Shown piece after piece: positions 50,598 to 62,250 of a stretch of 64,000 bases of DNA. The notes below the pieces were generated by a model. It was not told the DNA's origin. It did no database searches and saw nothing but the letters and a program-made list of their open reading frames with translations. Position numbers and translations under genes: made by a program. The first letter of the stretch is position 1; the number at the start of each line of letters is the position of its first letter. Origin of the DNA: Mobula hypostoma (Eukaryota); the NCBI RefSeq assembly GCF_963921235.1, contig NC_086097.1, positions 186,188,001-186,252,000 of the forward strand, read 5' to 3'.

Positions 50598-52529
50598 CCT
50601 CTTATGTTCAAGCCCATTTATTTCTTTTTGTGCTGTCAATTCATCCATCTTTTCACATCAGCTACAGCCATTGATGACAAGCTAAGTGAACTGATGGCAC
50701 AATGGAACAGCCCTGTCATTGTCCAGGTTTGGTGGAAGTACCCCACGAAGTAGAATCTATCTCATTCTCAATTCGATCTTGAGCTACGTACTTAATTTTA
50801 ATTTATAATTTTATTAGTTTTATGTCAACTTGTGTTTGGTATAGGTGGTAAAACAGGTTATTGCCTTTGTGTTTGTTTTCTTTTGAATTAGCTCCAAGTT
50901 TTTCATACTCTATCAGCATAATTTATTTTCCCGTCGTACCAGAGATACTGGTATTTACAACAACTGGATCTATCCACTCACATTCCACTTTCAGCTTCAT
51001 CCTGTAAAATTCACTTTATGCACTAAATTCACAAAACTCAAACTAATAGCAAACCTCTGGAGCTTTTTTTCACTCCTTAATCCTGATTGTAATGCAAACT
51101 ATGGTAAGCAAATTCAGCATGGACTAAAAATCAAATGGTATTAGCTAGATTTCCATGGTTCACTTCCTGAATGTGTAAATGTATTAAGCCAGTAGGGAAT
51201 TTTAACAGCATTCTTGAACGTGTGCTGGATTGCATGCACTTGGTCAACTGTTCAGTCAATCAGCAGAAAGCTCTTATCAGTCTGAAAAGCTTATATTCAT
51301 TGTGACCTTGAAGACTAAATAACCTGCACAATCTATGCAAGGGACTACAGTGAAATCTGCAAGATGAAGATAGGCTCAGCATGAGTGTGTTATGCCCTAA
51401 ACTATCGGCTCTCTCTCTCCATTAAGAAGTAATTCCTTTCAACCCTATTTAGATTTGAACTGGCAAAGTAATAACATTTACTTAGTTGACTTACATGATG
51501 AAATTGCTCTCATTCTTCCGACTGCAGCATTGACGTTTCACCAAAATTGTTTACAGCACTGTGAAAATGCAAGAGCTAAGACAGCTCTGACAAAGCCTGA
51601 CATTTTCAAGTCCTCAAGAAAAGCTTATTTTTTAAAACTGTCAGTCAGAGCTGAGATGCAGCTAACAGAGAAAATGCCTTTATTAATCATCTAATCCTGG
51701 AATCTCGGAATAACCTCAGCTAATTTTGAAGATGAATGCAATGTAAACTACTACCACTTGCCCTAATACATGTATATTTTAAAATTATCCTAATTTTAGT
51801 TTCCATTGACATTAACCAGGACAGGTAATTCACAAGAAACTGAATTGTATACTACCTTCTTATACCCTTTTGATTAGGGATGAATAGGCATATTTTTCCA
51901 GTATTAAATGCTCAAAAATTCATAAGTAAAGAACAGTCATGCACAAGAAAAATTGTTCCTGATCCAGTTACCTGTTCTGCCATTATCTAATAAAAAAGTG
52001 GACCAACCAGAATTGAAAAAGCCACTCATCTTTAAATTGCATGCATGTATGCCTCAGAGATGTGTAGACTCAAATCTTCATCATTAAGAATAAATGCAGT
52101 TCTGGATGAATCTGCTCCAAAAAACAAAAGCTCTCATACATATAATCTGCTTTAAAAATTGGTATTTATCATTTAAAATTCTATTTTTAATCTTTTGAAT
52201 AAAGATGTGAGGTAGCTACTTGAGTCATTGGCATGGAGTGGTATTGACTCCAGCAGCTCATCAACAGGTGCTGTATTCGGTACCGTCAGTACTTCCCCTT
52301 TATATGTAAAACTTCTTTTATGAAAGCAGGAAAGAATAAATAATCACTAGGCTATTGCAGCCAGTGAACATATTCACGTGTTACTTCATCATCTGGCAAC
52401 AATGCAGTAAGAATCATCACATACATCATGTATCCTCTCCGATAGTTCCTAGATCATTGCCTCAGAAACAAAACTAAAGATCTGATTTTTGATTTTAGCA
52501 AGGTTGGCACGTGCCAATTTCCATTGGTG

Positions 52530-52770
52530 ATCCACAGTGGAGAGGGTCACTAGTTTTATTTTCCTGGGCATTAACATATCAGATGATCTGTCCTAGGCTC
52601 AGCACATAACAAAATCATGCTGGTTTCTGAAGAGGTTAAGGAGATACGGCTTGTCACTGATCACTTTATAAACCTACAGATCTATCATGGTCTGTTACAG
52701 CAATTTGAATGTGCAGGAATGTAAGAAAACACAAAGAGCAGTGAACTCTGCCCAGTGCATCACAATCTCA
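52530..52770 (+). mobile_element. Rex1/Babar internal fragment
   Basis: VERVTSFIFLGINISDDLS-like translation. Confidence 0.7.
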
Positions 52771-53079
52771 AGCAGGTATGGGACCTGGGTGGAATATTGT
52801 GGTTCAGTAACTACGAACGGTGAATTTATTATTGCCTCTTTTATCATGTCCTATATGGTATAATTATCTCTTAGCCATCCATCCCTTACAGCCTCAGTGG
52901 CATTGCATCTTCTGATCTGCAGATGTCAAGTTCTGATAACTCAGCAACATTACCAGATTCTGTTAACAGAGAATAAGATAAATCTATAAATTCTATTCTT
53001 TTGATTAGCACTTTATGCATGATGTGATCAGATACTTTGCACAGTGTGTTTTAGAAACTTCTGTCCTAGTTTCCTATAT

Positions 53080-53310
53080 GTTTTTTTATGCAGAGAGTGA
53101 TGAATGTGTAGAACGGGCTGCCAGTGATTGTGGTGGAGGCGGATACCATAGGATCTTTTAAGAGACTCCTGTTCAGGTACGTAGAGCTCAGAAAAATAGA
53201 GGGTTATGGGTAACCCAAAGTAATTTCTAAGGTTAAGACATGTTCGGCACAGCTTTGTGGGCCAAAGGGCTTGTACTGTGCTGTAGGTTTTCTATTTTCT
53301 ATGTTTCTAT
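53080..53310 (+). mobile_element. CR1 3' end, same subfamily as 11172
   Basis: cagagagtgatgaatg...gtggaggcggatac...gggttatgggtaaccc; tttctatgtttcta tail. Confidence 0.9.
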
Positions 53311-54633
53311 ATGTATGAAGTCCATCAGCCATGCTCTGCATTATCATACTGACATTAATTGAGTGGTTCCTTATTGTTCTTATTGGATTAGGGAAAGTAC
53401 GAGCTTCAAGTGTGCATTGGCACCTGTAGGTGGTTAAATGTGCTTGGTCTTGTATTATGCTTTATAACCTGGGCTGATGCGGAGAGTCCAGCAGTGAATA
53501 TTATTCTGGGATCGGATATTCAATTTTCTGTTAAAATGCTCAGTGATGATCCTATCTTCCATCCCCATACTTACTTGCTTGGGCCCTTAGATCCTAGTGG
53601 CTATCGGTGATCTCCCGCCTCCATTGTCCTCTGAAGGTATTGATATGCTCGGAGTTCATCAATGCTTCTGCAATCCATTGCATCCACTGTACGGGGGATT
53701 GACTCGTACAGCTTCACCAGAGCCCTTTTGGACAGACTCATCAGTTTCCACCTCTCATGTTGGGAATGTTGGGTTGGACTCATGACGCATTTCCTATGTT
53801 CTTCATTGCCTCTGAGATCATATCCCATACCTCTACCAATTCTCCATTTGCCATTTGATTTCCCTCCATGGGATCCTCACTCTCTCCCTCAGTGATTTTA
53901 TCCTTACTAGCCCCTACCCAAATCCCTGATATTCTCCTTTCCAATCAAATTCCCTAGCCAACTTCTCTCCATAAGATACTGAATTTTGCTCTTACTTACT
54001 TCTGGTCATCTCGCACCTCTCTCCAGATCATTGCCATTACTCCTATTTCTCACCATCTTTTATGCCCTGCCAGAATATCCTGAGCTTCTCAACTTTTTCT
54101 TAGGCTTTCCATGATCTCAGATCTTTGATCTCTTCCCATCTCCAATCTCTCTCTCTTTCTCTTTCCCCTTACCCAAGATGTTTTCACCTTTTTACCATGG
54201 TGGGAGTAGGTGGAGATCAGATATACAGTACTAGTGTTGTGACTCAGTCAGTCTTTTCCTGCATTGGATCATATTTAGTTCAGTATTGGTCAATGTTTTT
54301 TATTATCATCTGTACTGAGGTACAGTGAAAAACTTTATGTGTGTGCCATTCATACAAATCAATTCATTACTATGTGCATTGAAGTAGTACAAAGCAAAAC
54401 GATAACAGAATGCAGAGTAAAGTATTATGAATAGAGAAAAACTGCAGTGTAGGCTGACAGTAAAATGTAAGGTCATTACTTGGTAGATTGTGAGGTCAAG
54501 ATTGCATCTTATCGTACTTGCAGACTTGGGCAAAACAGTTACCTTGCCAAGCCATGATGCAGCTGGATAGAATACTTTCTATGGTACATCAATACAAATT
54601 GTTGAGGCTCAAAAGGGACATACCAAATTTCTG

Positions 54634-54854
54634 CAACATGCATCAAAGTTGCTGGTGAACGCAGCAGGCCAAGCAGCATCTATAGGAAGAGGTGCAGTCG
54701 ACGTTTCAAGCCAAGACTAGTTAGTCCTGACGAAGGGTCTCGGCCTGAAACGTCGACTGCACCTCTTCCTATAGATGCTGCTTGGCCTGCTGCGTTCACC
54801 AGCAACTTTGATGTATGTTGCTTGAATTTCCAGCATCTGCAGAATTCCTGTTGT
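54634..54854. mobile_element. Fold-back Penelope pseudo-LTR insertion (221 bp)
   Basis: Arms 54634-54717 and 54737-54820 (81/84 complementary); TSD atac(c/a)aaatttctg at 54620-54633 and 54855-54868. Confidence 0.93.
54723..54758 (+). ncRNA. Minimal type I hammerhead ribozyme motif
   Basis: Stem I AGTC/GACT, core CTGACGA (54727-33), stem II AGG-gtctcgg-CCT, GAAA (54747-50), C-GTC with predicted cleavage after C54754; palindromic ACGT replaces stem III. Confidence 0.85.
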
Positions 54855-56869
54855 ATACAAAATTTCTGTTGCCTTCTGAGGAAGTATTGGTGAGCTTTCT
54901 TGGCCTCGGTGCCTACTTAGTTGGACAAGGACAGGCTACTTGTGGTGCTTATTTCTAGGATCTTGTAGCTCTCACTCCTCTTGTCCTCAGTACTATCGAT
55001 GAAGGTGGAAGCATGTGCAGCACCTACTTTCCTGAAGGCAATGACTAACTCTTTTTGTTTTGATGAAATTGTAGGAATATTGTTGTCATGTCACCATGTT
55101 ACTAACTCCTCTCTGTACTTTGACTCATTATTATTTGAGATTAGGCCCACTACGGTGGTGTCATTTGATGGAGTTCTGATAGAGCGTTATCTGGCCACAT
55201 GGTCATGAGTGTACACAGAGTAAAGTAGGGGGCTGAAGACGTTGCCTCATGGGTCATGGGGTACCAGTGTGATGAGAAACATGCCAGAGCTATTACTGAC
55301 TCTGCAGTCTGTCGATCATGAAGTCAAGGATCTAGTTGCAAAAGGAAGTGATGTATCCCAGGTCAAGGAGTTTGCAGATGTATTTTCTTGGAATTATAAT
55401 ACTGAATGCAGAACTAGAGTCAACAAGCGATAATCTAACATTGGTGTCTTTACTGTCTAGATGCTCCTTAGATATCAGTAGGGCCAGGCATCAGGATGAT
55501 AATAGTTTTCTTAAAGCAGGTGGGAACCACAGATTGAAGTAGGGAGAGAATTAAAATGGCTCAAATATCCCGGCTTGCGGATTTGCACGGGGTCTAAAGA
55601 TATTGTTGGGACTTCATCCAGACCAAAGTTTCAATCTTCCCGAGACTGACCTTACGTCTACACCCCAGTGACTGTGGGTAAGGCTGCAACAGAGACTGTC
55701 AGGTTGAGTGGTGACATTCCATTCTCCTTATATTCACAATGTGCATAGGACTCATTAAGGTCATCAGAAAGGGATGCACTGACTTCATTTTGTAAGCTGT
55801 TAGACCATGCAGGCTCTGCCATAATCAACGGCTTGTCTATGACTCAATTTTGGACTAAGTTTGGACAGTATATTAATAATTTTGAAAAACAACTGCATCA
55901 TTACCCTCATCACAGTAGTTAATCATGTTGAATTTACAAATGTAATAACACAAAAGCCACAACTGGGAGGCATGAGAGTAAATTGGCTTTAATCATAGCA
56001 GATATTATCTGTGATAGTTTCACAGTGAATTAACAACTACTTGCTATTTTGATGTTTGTTATTGATTCTTGTTATTGAATACATGACATGAAATTAACTT
56101 CAGCTTCCTGTGACTAATGTAAAGTCTCCAACTTCTAATGTTTCATCTTGCAAAATATTATATTACTATGCCACTATAGAAACTTAACAATATATATGGT
56201 AATCAGTATTAAAATTTATATAATAAACATATTATGTGGCAGTATGGATTTAATCTTGAAAAAATAATAAAGATAGCAGACACAAGATATAAAAATATAC
56301 ATTAAATGTTACTGAGCATGCTATATTGTATTTATTTTATTTGTCTTCATAAACTAAAATTAGAACTAATCTTTTTCCTATTGTGTACACAGCTGGCACC
56401 CTGGAATCTTCATGAAATTCTCAAATGTATAATTTCCTAAGTGAAACCTTTACCAGATATTTTGAAAATAAGCTAATAAACTTACCAACTGCCACTGTAG
56501 TGCTAAAAGTAGCTTGCACTTTGCCAAGTATAAATCCCAATTGCTAAATCAAACATCTATTTCTCTCCTAATGATTATTGTTTGCTTAACAGTCTGGCTT
56601 TGAACAACAAGACATAAAAAGAAAAGTGCATTTGATTTACTGCAGAACAAATTTTGTTCATTTTTACAGCTCTGACTAAGTTTTAAAAATGTTTGTCTCT
56701 GTTGCTTTGCTAGGAATTCTTGTTCTAGTCCATGATTACTTTCCACTGGGATATCATGGCATCATCATTACACTGGTTGTGCCACCTGTTCAACTTTGTA
56801 TCCCCTTAACCATTACCAAGACTAATCTTGTGGTACATCTATGAATTTACCTCTTGTTTCATTAAAACA

Positions 56870-57490
56870 ACTTGGTAAATTGGTTTATTGTTGTCATATT
56901 ATCAAGGTAAAATGAAAAAAGTAATCTTGCATGCCATCCATACATATCATTTCATCACGTCAGTACAGTGAGGTACAGTAGTACAAGGTAAGGTAATAAC
57001 AGAATGGAGAAGAAAGTGCCAAAGTGACAAAGGAAATATAGTGCAGGCAGACTTAATGTGTAGGACCAAGACGAGGTCAGTTATAAGGTCAGAGCCCACC
57101 TCTTCGTACAAGGGAACCATTCAATATTCTTATAACAGCAAGATAGAAGCTATCCTTGAGCCAAGTGGTATGTGCTTTCAGACTTGTATATTTTCTGTCT
57201 GATGCGAAGGGCGATAGAGAGAATGTCCTGGGTGGACGGGGTCATTGATTACGTTGGCTGCTTTACAGCCAGTGAGTAGCTTAGGTAGTCTATGAAGAGG
57301 AGGGTCTTCAATGCTTTGCAGCTTCTTTTGATACCAGGCAGAGCAGATACCATACCAAGCCATGATGCATCTGGATAGGATGGTGCATCTAAAAAGAAAT
57401 TAGTGAGGATCAGGAGGCCATGACAAACTTATTTAACTTTCTAAGGAAAACTAGCTGCTGGTGTCTAAATACTCAGACCTGGACAGGATA
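56870..57490 (-). mobile_element. Rex1/Babar 3' fragment
   Basis: MAWYGICSA..KKLQ..AANVINDPVHPGHSL; tail aataaaccaatttacc. Confidence 0.85.
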
Positions 57491-58001
57491 ATGGTGATAT
57501 TCACTCCTAAGTGCATGAAGTTCTCAACCATGCGTTGATATAAGTGGCATGTATATTTAATATATAATCTGTGTGTATGATGATTTATAACCCAAGAGCA
57601 TCCTTTTCTAATATTTATGCTGAAATCAAGATAAAGAATTAAATATCCACCTCAATACCTTTCCTATATTGAAAGAAACAGTGGGATCACAAAATAATAA
57701 TTTGCATGTTTTTCTTTCTATGTGATTATAGGCATATAAGGGTAGGTGATAATTCTTAAGAAAGCAAAATAATAATACAAATTATTATTTTGTGTTAACT
57801 TAATAGTTATCATTGTAAATGATGGAGGATCTCATATTTCTTGTTTATTTCTGGGTATGCTTATTATTAATAGTGTTTCTGCCATCAAAACCTACTTTGC
57901 ATTTTATTATGTTGTTACAGGAAGACTATCTTCAATGGAAAGAACTTCCAGACTAAATTGAAAAGCCTCAAATGTATTTTTAAAAATTGGTCCAACTACC
58001 A

Positions 58002-58291
58002 TGGGTGCCACAGCAGTGTAGTGCTTAATGTGACTCTATTACAGTTTAAGGTGTCAGAGTTCAATTCTGGCGCTGTCTGTAAGAAGTCTTTGTAGGTCCT
58101 GCCCATGGAATGTATGGGTTTTCCCCTGGTGCTCTGGTTTCCCCCAACAGTCTAAGGACAAACCGGGTAGGTTAATTGGTCATTGTAAATTGTCGTGTGA
58201 TTAAGTTAGAGTTAGATTGGGATTGTCAGTTTCCTGAGGTTGCGTGGCTCAAAGGGCCTTCTTCACGCTGTATCGCTAAATAAATAAATAA
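58002..58291 (+). mobile_element. V-SINE (HE1-like)
   Basis: Same head and V-domain as 13076; (TAAA)n tail. Confidence 0.87.
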
Positions 58292-58499
58292 CTTTGTGTG
58301 CAGAATTCCCTGTAGATCTATTGAAAGAGAACACCCAGTTTATCAACAATTAAAACTTTAAACCAGGCAACAAGTCTCAATTAAAAACAAATAAAGCCAA
58401 TAAATGATTATCAGTCTCAAATATTCCAATAAAGACCAAAGTATGAATTCAGAAAGGTGTCCTTCAATAGAAAAACTGTAGAGGGGGTATTGCCAAGAA

Positions 58500-59646
58500 C
58501 GCCTTGGACAAGGCACCACACATGAGATTGCTTATCAAGTTAGGAGCCCATGGTATTACAGGGAAGATAGTAGCATGGATGGAGCATTCGCTGATTGACA
58601 GGAGGCAAAGAGTGAGAATAAAGGGAACCTTTTCAGGTTGGCTGACCCCTAGAGGAGTTGCACAGGGGTCTGTGTTGTGGCCACTTCTTTTTACACTATA
58701 GGTCAATGATATGGATGATGTAATCGATGGTTTTGTCATCAAGTTTGTGGACAATATGAAGATAGGTGGAGGAGCAGATAGTTTTGAGGAAGAAAAAAGG
58801 CTACAGAAGTACTTAAACAGATTAGGAGAATACAGCGTTGGGAAGTGTATGGTAATGTACTTTGGTAGAAGATTTAAAAGCGTAGACTATTTTCTAAATG
58901 GAGAGAAAATTTAAAAATCTGTGATGCAAAGGGACTTGGTAGTCCTTGTGCAAGATTCCCTAAAGGTTAATTTGCAGCTTGAATCAATGGTAAGGAAGAC
59001 AGATAAGATGTTAGCATCAATTTCAAGAGGACTAGAATATAAAAACAAGGATGCAATCTTAAGGCTTTATAAGGCACCGGTGAGACCTCATTTGGAGTAT
59101 TGTGACCAGTTCTGGGCCCCTTATATAAGAAAGGATGTGCTAACATTGGAGAGTGTTGAAATGAATTTCACAGAAATGATTCCGGGATTGAAGGTGTTAT
59201 CATATGAGAAGTGTTTGATGGCTCTGGGCCTGTACTGACTGTAATTTAGAAGAATTTGGGGAGCCCTCATTAAGACCTACCAAATATTGAAAGGTCTTGA
59301 TAGAGTAGATGTGGAGAAGATGTTTCCTTTGATGGCTGAGTCTAAGACCAAATGGCACAGCCTTAAAATAGAGGGATATCCATTTAGAACAGAAATGAGA
59401 AGGAATTGCTTTGCCAGAGAGTGGTGAATCTATGGATCTGTTGCCACAGCTGGTTGTGGAAACCAAGTCATTTGGTATATTTAAGGTAGAGTTTGATAGA
59501 TTCTTTATAAGTCAGGACGTGCAGGGATACGGGGAGAAGGCCAGGAGATTGGGACTGAGAGGGAAATGGATCAGCCATGATGAAATGCTGAGCAGTCTCG
59601 AAGGGCCCAATGGCTTACTTCTGCTCCTATATCTTATGGTCTTAAG
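58500..59646 (+). mobile_element. Decayed CR1 (RT to tail)
   Basis: DKAPHMRLL, QGSVL, KFVDN, RPHLEYCDQFWAPY; cttatggtctta tail. Confidence 0.95.
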
Positions 59647-59994
59647 ATATTGCCAAATACCTAATCTTATCATGATGATGATGATGACCTAAGCTTAAGG
59701 TAGACTTTAAGAGAATAAACTTCTAGATAATATGATGAAGAATGATTAGCTTGCTCTTGAACAAAATAACTGACATTGGCTCAGAATTGTAATTCAACAT
59801 GTTAGTCAATGTGAAGCAGAATTTAATGAAATTATATTCATGTCCTGTATGAAACCTCTTTCATTCTATCCTTACATCTCTTAAATTTAACTTTCCTATG
59901 TAAAATCATGAATGTACATAATTGGATTCACCTGGAATCCAAGTTAATCTATCTGAACTATTAAAAAACAAAGTCACTGAAAATTTATAATAGT

Positions 59995-60081
59995 TGACTG
60001 AATGTCTGCAAGAAAATGAACCTCAAGGTAGTATATGACGGCATACATGTACTTTGATAATACATTTACTTTAACTTTGAA
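59995..60081 (+). mobile_element. Tail-only retroposon fragment
   Basis: gtctgcaagaaaatgaacctcaaggtagtatat...actttgataatacatttactttaactttgaa, resembling the 3' ends at ~20650-20730 and ~43810-43890. Confidence 0.55.
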
Positions 60082-60124
60082 GGCCTTGACATTCTATGTG
60101 CCTGGTCTCAAATAATCTCAAATT

Positions 60125-60220
60125 TATTGCAATACACAATGTTCTGGAGGAGCTCAGCAGGTCAGGCAGTATCTATGGATGGGAATAAACAGTCAATGTT
60201 TCAGGCTAAGATCCTTCCAG
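60125..60220 (-). mobile_element. Penelope pseudo-LTR fragment
   Basis: ctggaggagctcagcaggtcaggcagtatctatgg...gtcaatgtttcaggctaagatccttc. Confidence 0.85.
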
Positions 60221-61129
60221 CATTTGTAGTACATCTTGAGCCTATCTCAAACCTTTTAGTTGGAATACATGGTTGTTTCCCATTATTTGTAGGGTTAAAC
60301 TCAGAGAGATAGCTGTTTAATACTGACCTATTCCATTGTGGCTCAAATCCACCAAACTGTCCAGCACACTTCCAGAGTGCCTCAGACAGTAATTGCCAAC
60401 CATTATAGGTTTGTACAGGACTTCTAGCTAATTTGCTTCCCTTGCCCATTTCAGTTCAGTCCATTGTTGATGCCTATGCTATTAGCTGGTATACTCTGCC
60501 TTTCTCTTTTTTAACCCATTTGCCTCTCCATCTTCCTTTCCTACTACAAATACATTTTTTGACTAAGTTTTTAATTTGCTCTCCTTGTATCATCTTTTGC
60601 TCAATGTCCAAAACTGCTTCATGGAGAACCAACAACTTTTTTAAAATGCAGAAGGCATTATTTTTCTTCTAGTGAGAAATAGGTGTTGATGCTACTGTCA
60701 AATCTGTTTCTGTATTTGCTCTATTTGACAGGTAAAGCAAAAGTGATAGCAAATATATAATTTAAACCAAGCATGTTATCAGTACAAACTGGCATTAGTA
60801 TCATTAACTTCTGAGAAATTAGAATGATGTAATATTAAAAATACTGTAAGGGAGTAGACAAGTGGTAAGACAAAGACTGTAATCCTGTTTTCATATAACC
60901 CAGACTGTCTGGTCTGAGTTAATGGCATGTTACAATAACCCATATAAGAAATAGCAATCCTGAAGAGCCCAGTGAGAAATAATTTCTCTTCTCCCATGTG
61001 ATAAGAGTCCCTCATGGTTTTGTGATCTTGATAAGAAAGTGTGTGAATAAGAGTATTATATAACACTAGTAAAAGGCACTGGAAAAAAGGCATTTACAAT
61101 GTTTTTTGTTCAGCTTCAAAATAAACAGA

Positions 61130-62250
61130 AAACCATTTGGAAATGTGGAGGTAGTTCTTCACTGAGAAGTTTGGTACAGCTTTTGAACTTTCATCCCCTC
61201 AGGGTTGTGAAAAATCAGTCATGGATGGCATTCAGAACAGACATCAATAGACTTCAGAGTATTGAAGGAACCAGAGTATATAGGGACAGGTTAGGAAAAT
61301 ATCTTTGCGCCCATAATTTGTTAAATAACGGAGCAAATCTGTAATGATTCCCATTGTGCACTGATGATGATATATGCTTAGAGACCACTCCCCTCTGGAT
61401 TGTAAATTTAGTATACTAACATAAATTGACCCACATTTATGAAAGGCAAATTTCATCTGCATATGCAAGGATTGCTAGTGTCATCATTTGAGTGCGAAAG
61501 CCCGATATCTTGATAGAATGGTAAGAATTACTCTGGACATCAGTGGACCAATAGGTGAAGATGGATGTCAGGTAAAAATAAGGCATTATGTTTGAAACTA
61601 TCATAAAATTAACCAGTGAGATCATATTGCCTTGAATGAATTATTTTCCATCTGTTGATCAGTTATTTAAGCTATTCTAATTAATTGACAAGAAAAATAT
61701 TGTTTAAAAGGCCTGTTCAAATTTTGGAAAAAGCAAGATGTGCTTGGGGTAGAATTGTTAAGGTTAAGAAAATTTCAAATATATTTAACTATTCTTTGCT
61801 CAATTTCAGGCAATGGGAGGGAACAAAATTACTGCTGACACAGACCTATGAGAGGCACTTCAATGAGCAAGGCATAGAAAGATATAAATTAATGCAGGCA
61901 AGTTAGACATGATGGTTGTCACAGATGTAGTGTTTCTATGCCATATAATTCTATGAATCTGATTAAGGACGGCCAGCACAGTAAGTGAAAATATGCTTGA
62001 TTAACAGCTGTGATTTTTTGATAATGTAATGAAAAAGCATTGATGAAGGAAATGCCTTGAAGCATGATCAGATATACTGGGAGAATGGTTAAGGGACCAT
62101 ATGGGACTAGAGGAAGAGGTGTATAGGATGAGTAAAAGAAGTTGAGGTATAAAGAAGTGAAGTTGAGCTGAACTCTTCGAAAGCTCTGGTTTGACCACAG
62201 TCAGAATATTGTGTTCATTACTGATTACCACACAAGAGGAAGGATACAAG
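61130..62250 (+). mobile_element. Scattered very old CR1 remnants (~61130-61345, 61810-61950, 62000-62250)
   Basis: ttcttcactgagaagtttgg...agggttgtgaaaaatcagtc; gaccacagtcagaatattgtgttca (RPQ.EYCV). Confidence 0.55.

Larger units (their letters stand above)
54295..55870 (-). mobile_element. Rex1/Babar LINE, decayed, interrupted by the hammerhead palindrome
   Basis: Reverse-complement motifs CTIESILSSCIMAW, DTTVVGLIS, VFSPLLYS, WILD, LWQSLH; 3' tail ~54295-54520. Confidence 0.85.

Noticed and set aside
53543..53634. C/D snoRNA candidate (GTGATGA...CTGA)
   Set aside because: No convincing terminal stem and no recognisable rRNA antisense element
53567..53730. U1 snRNA-like words (ATACTTAC at the start, ATCCATTGCA downstream)
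   Set aside because: The intervening sequence and spacing do not match U1, and there is no Sm site or stem-loop correspondence. The minus strand (KRALVKL...IDELRAYQYLQR) looks more like a very old LINE remnant, also uncertain.
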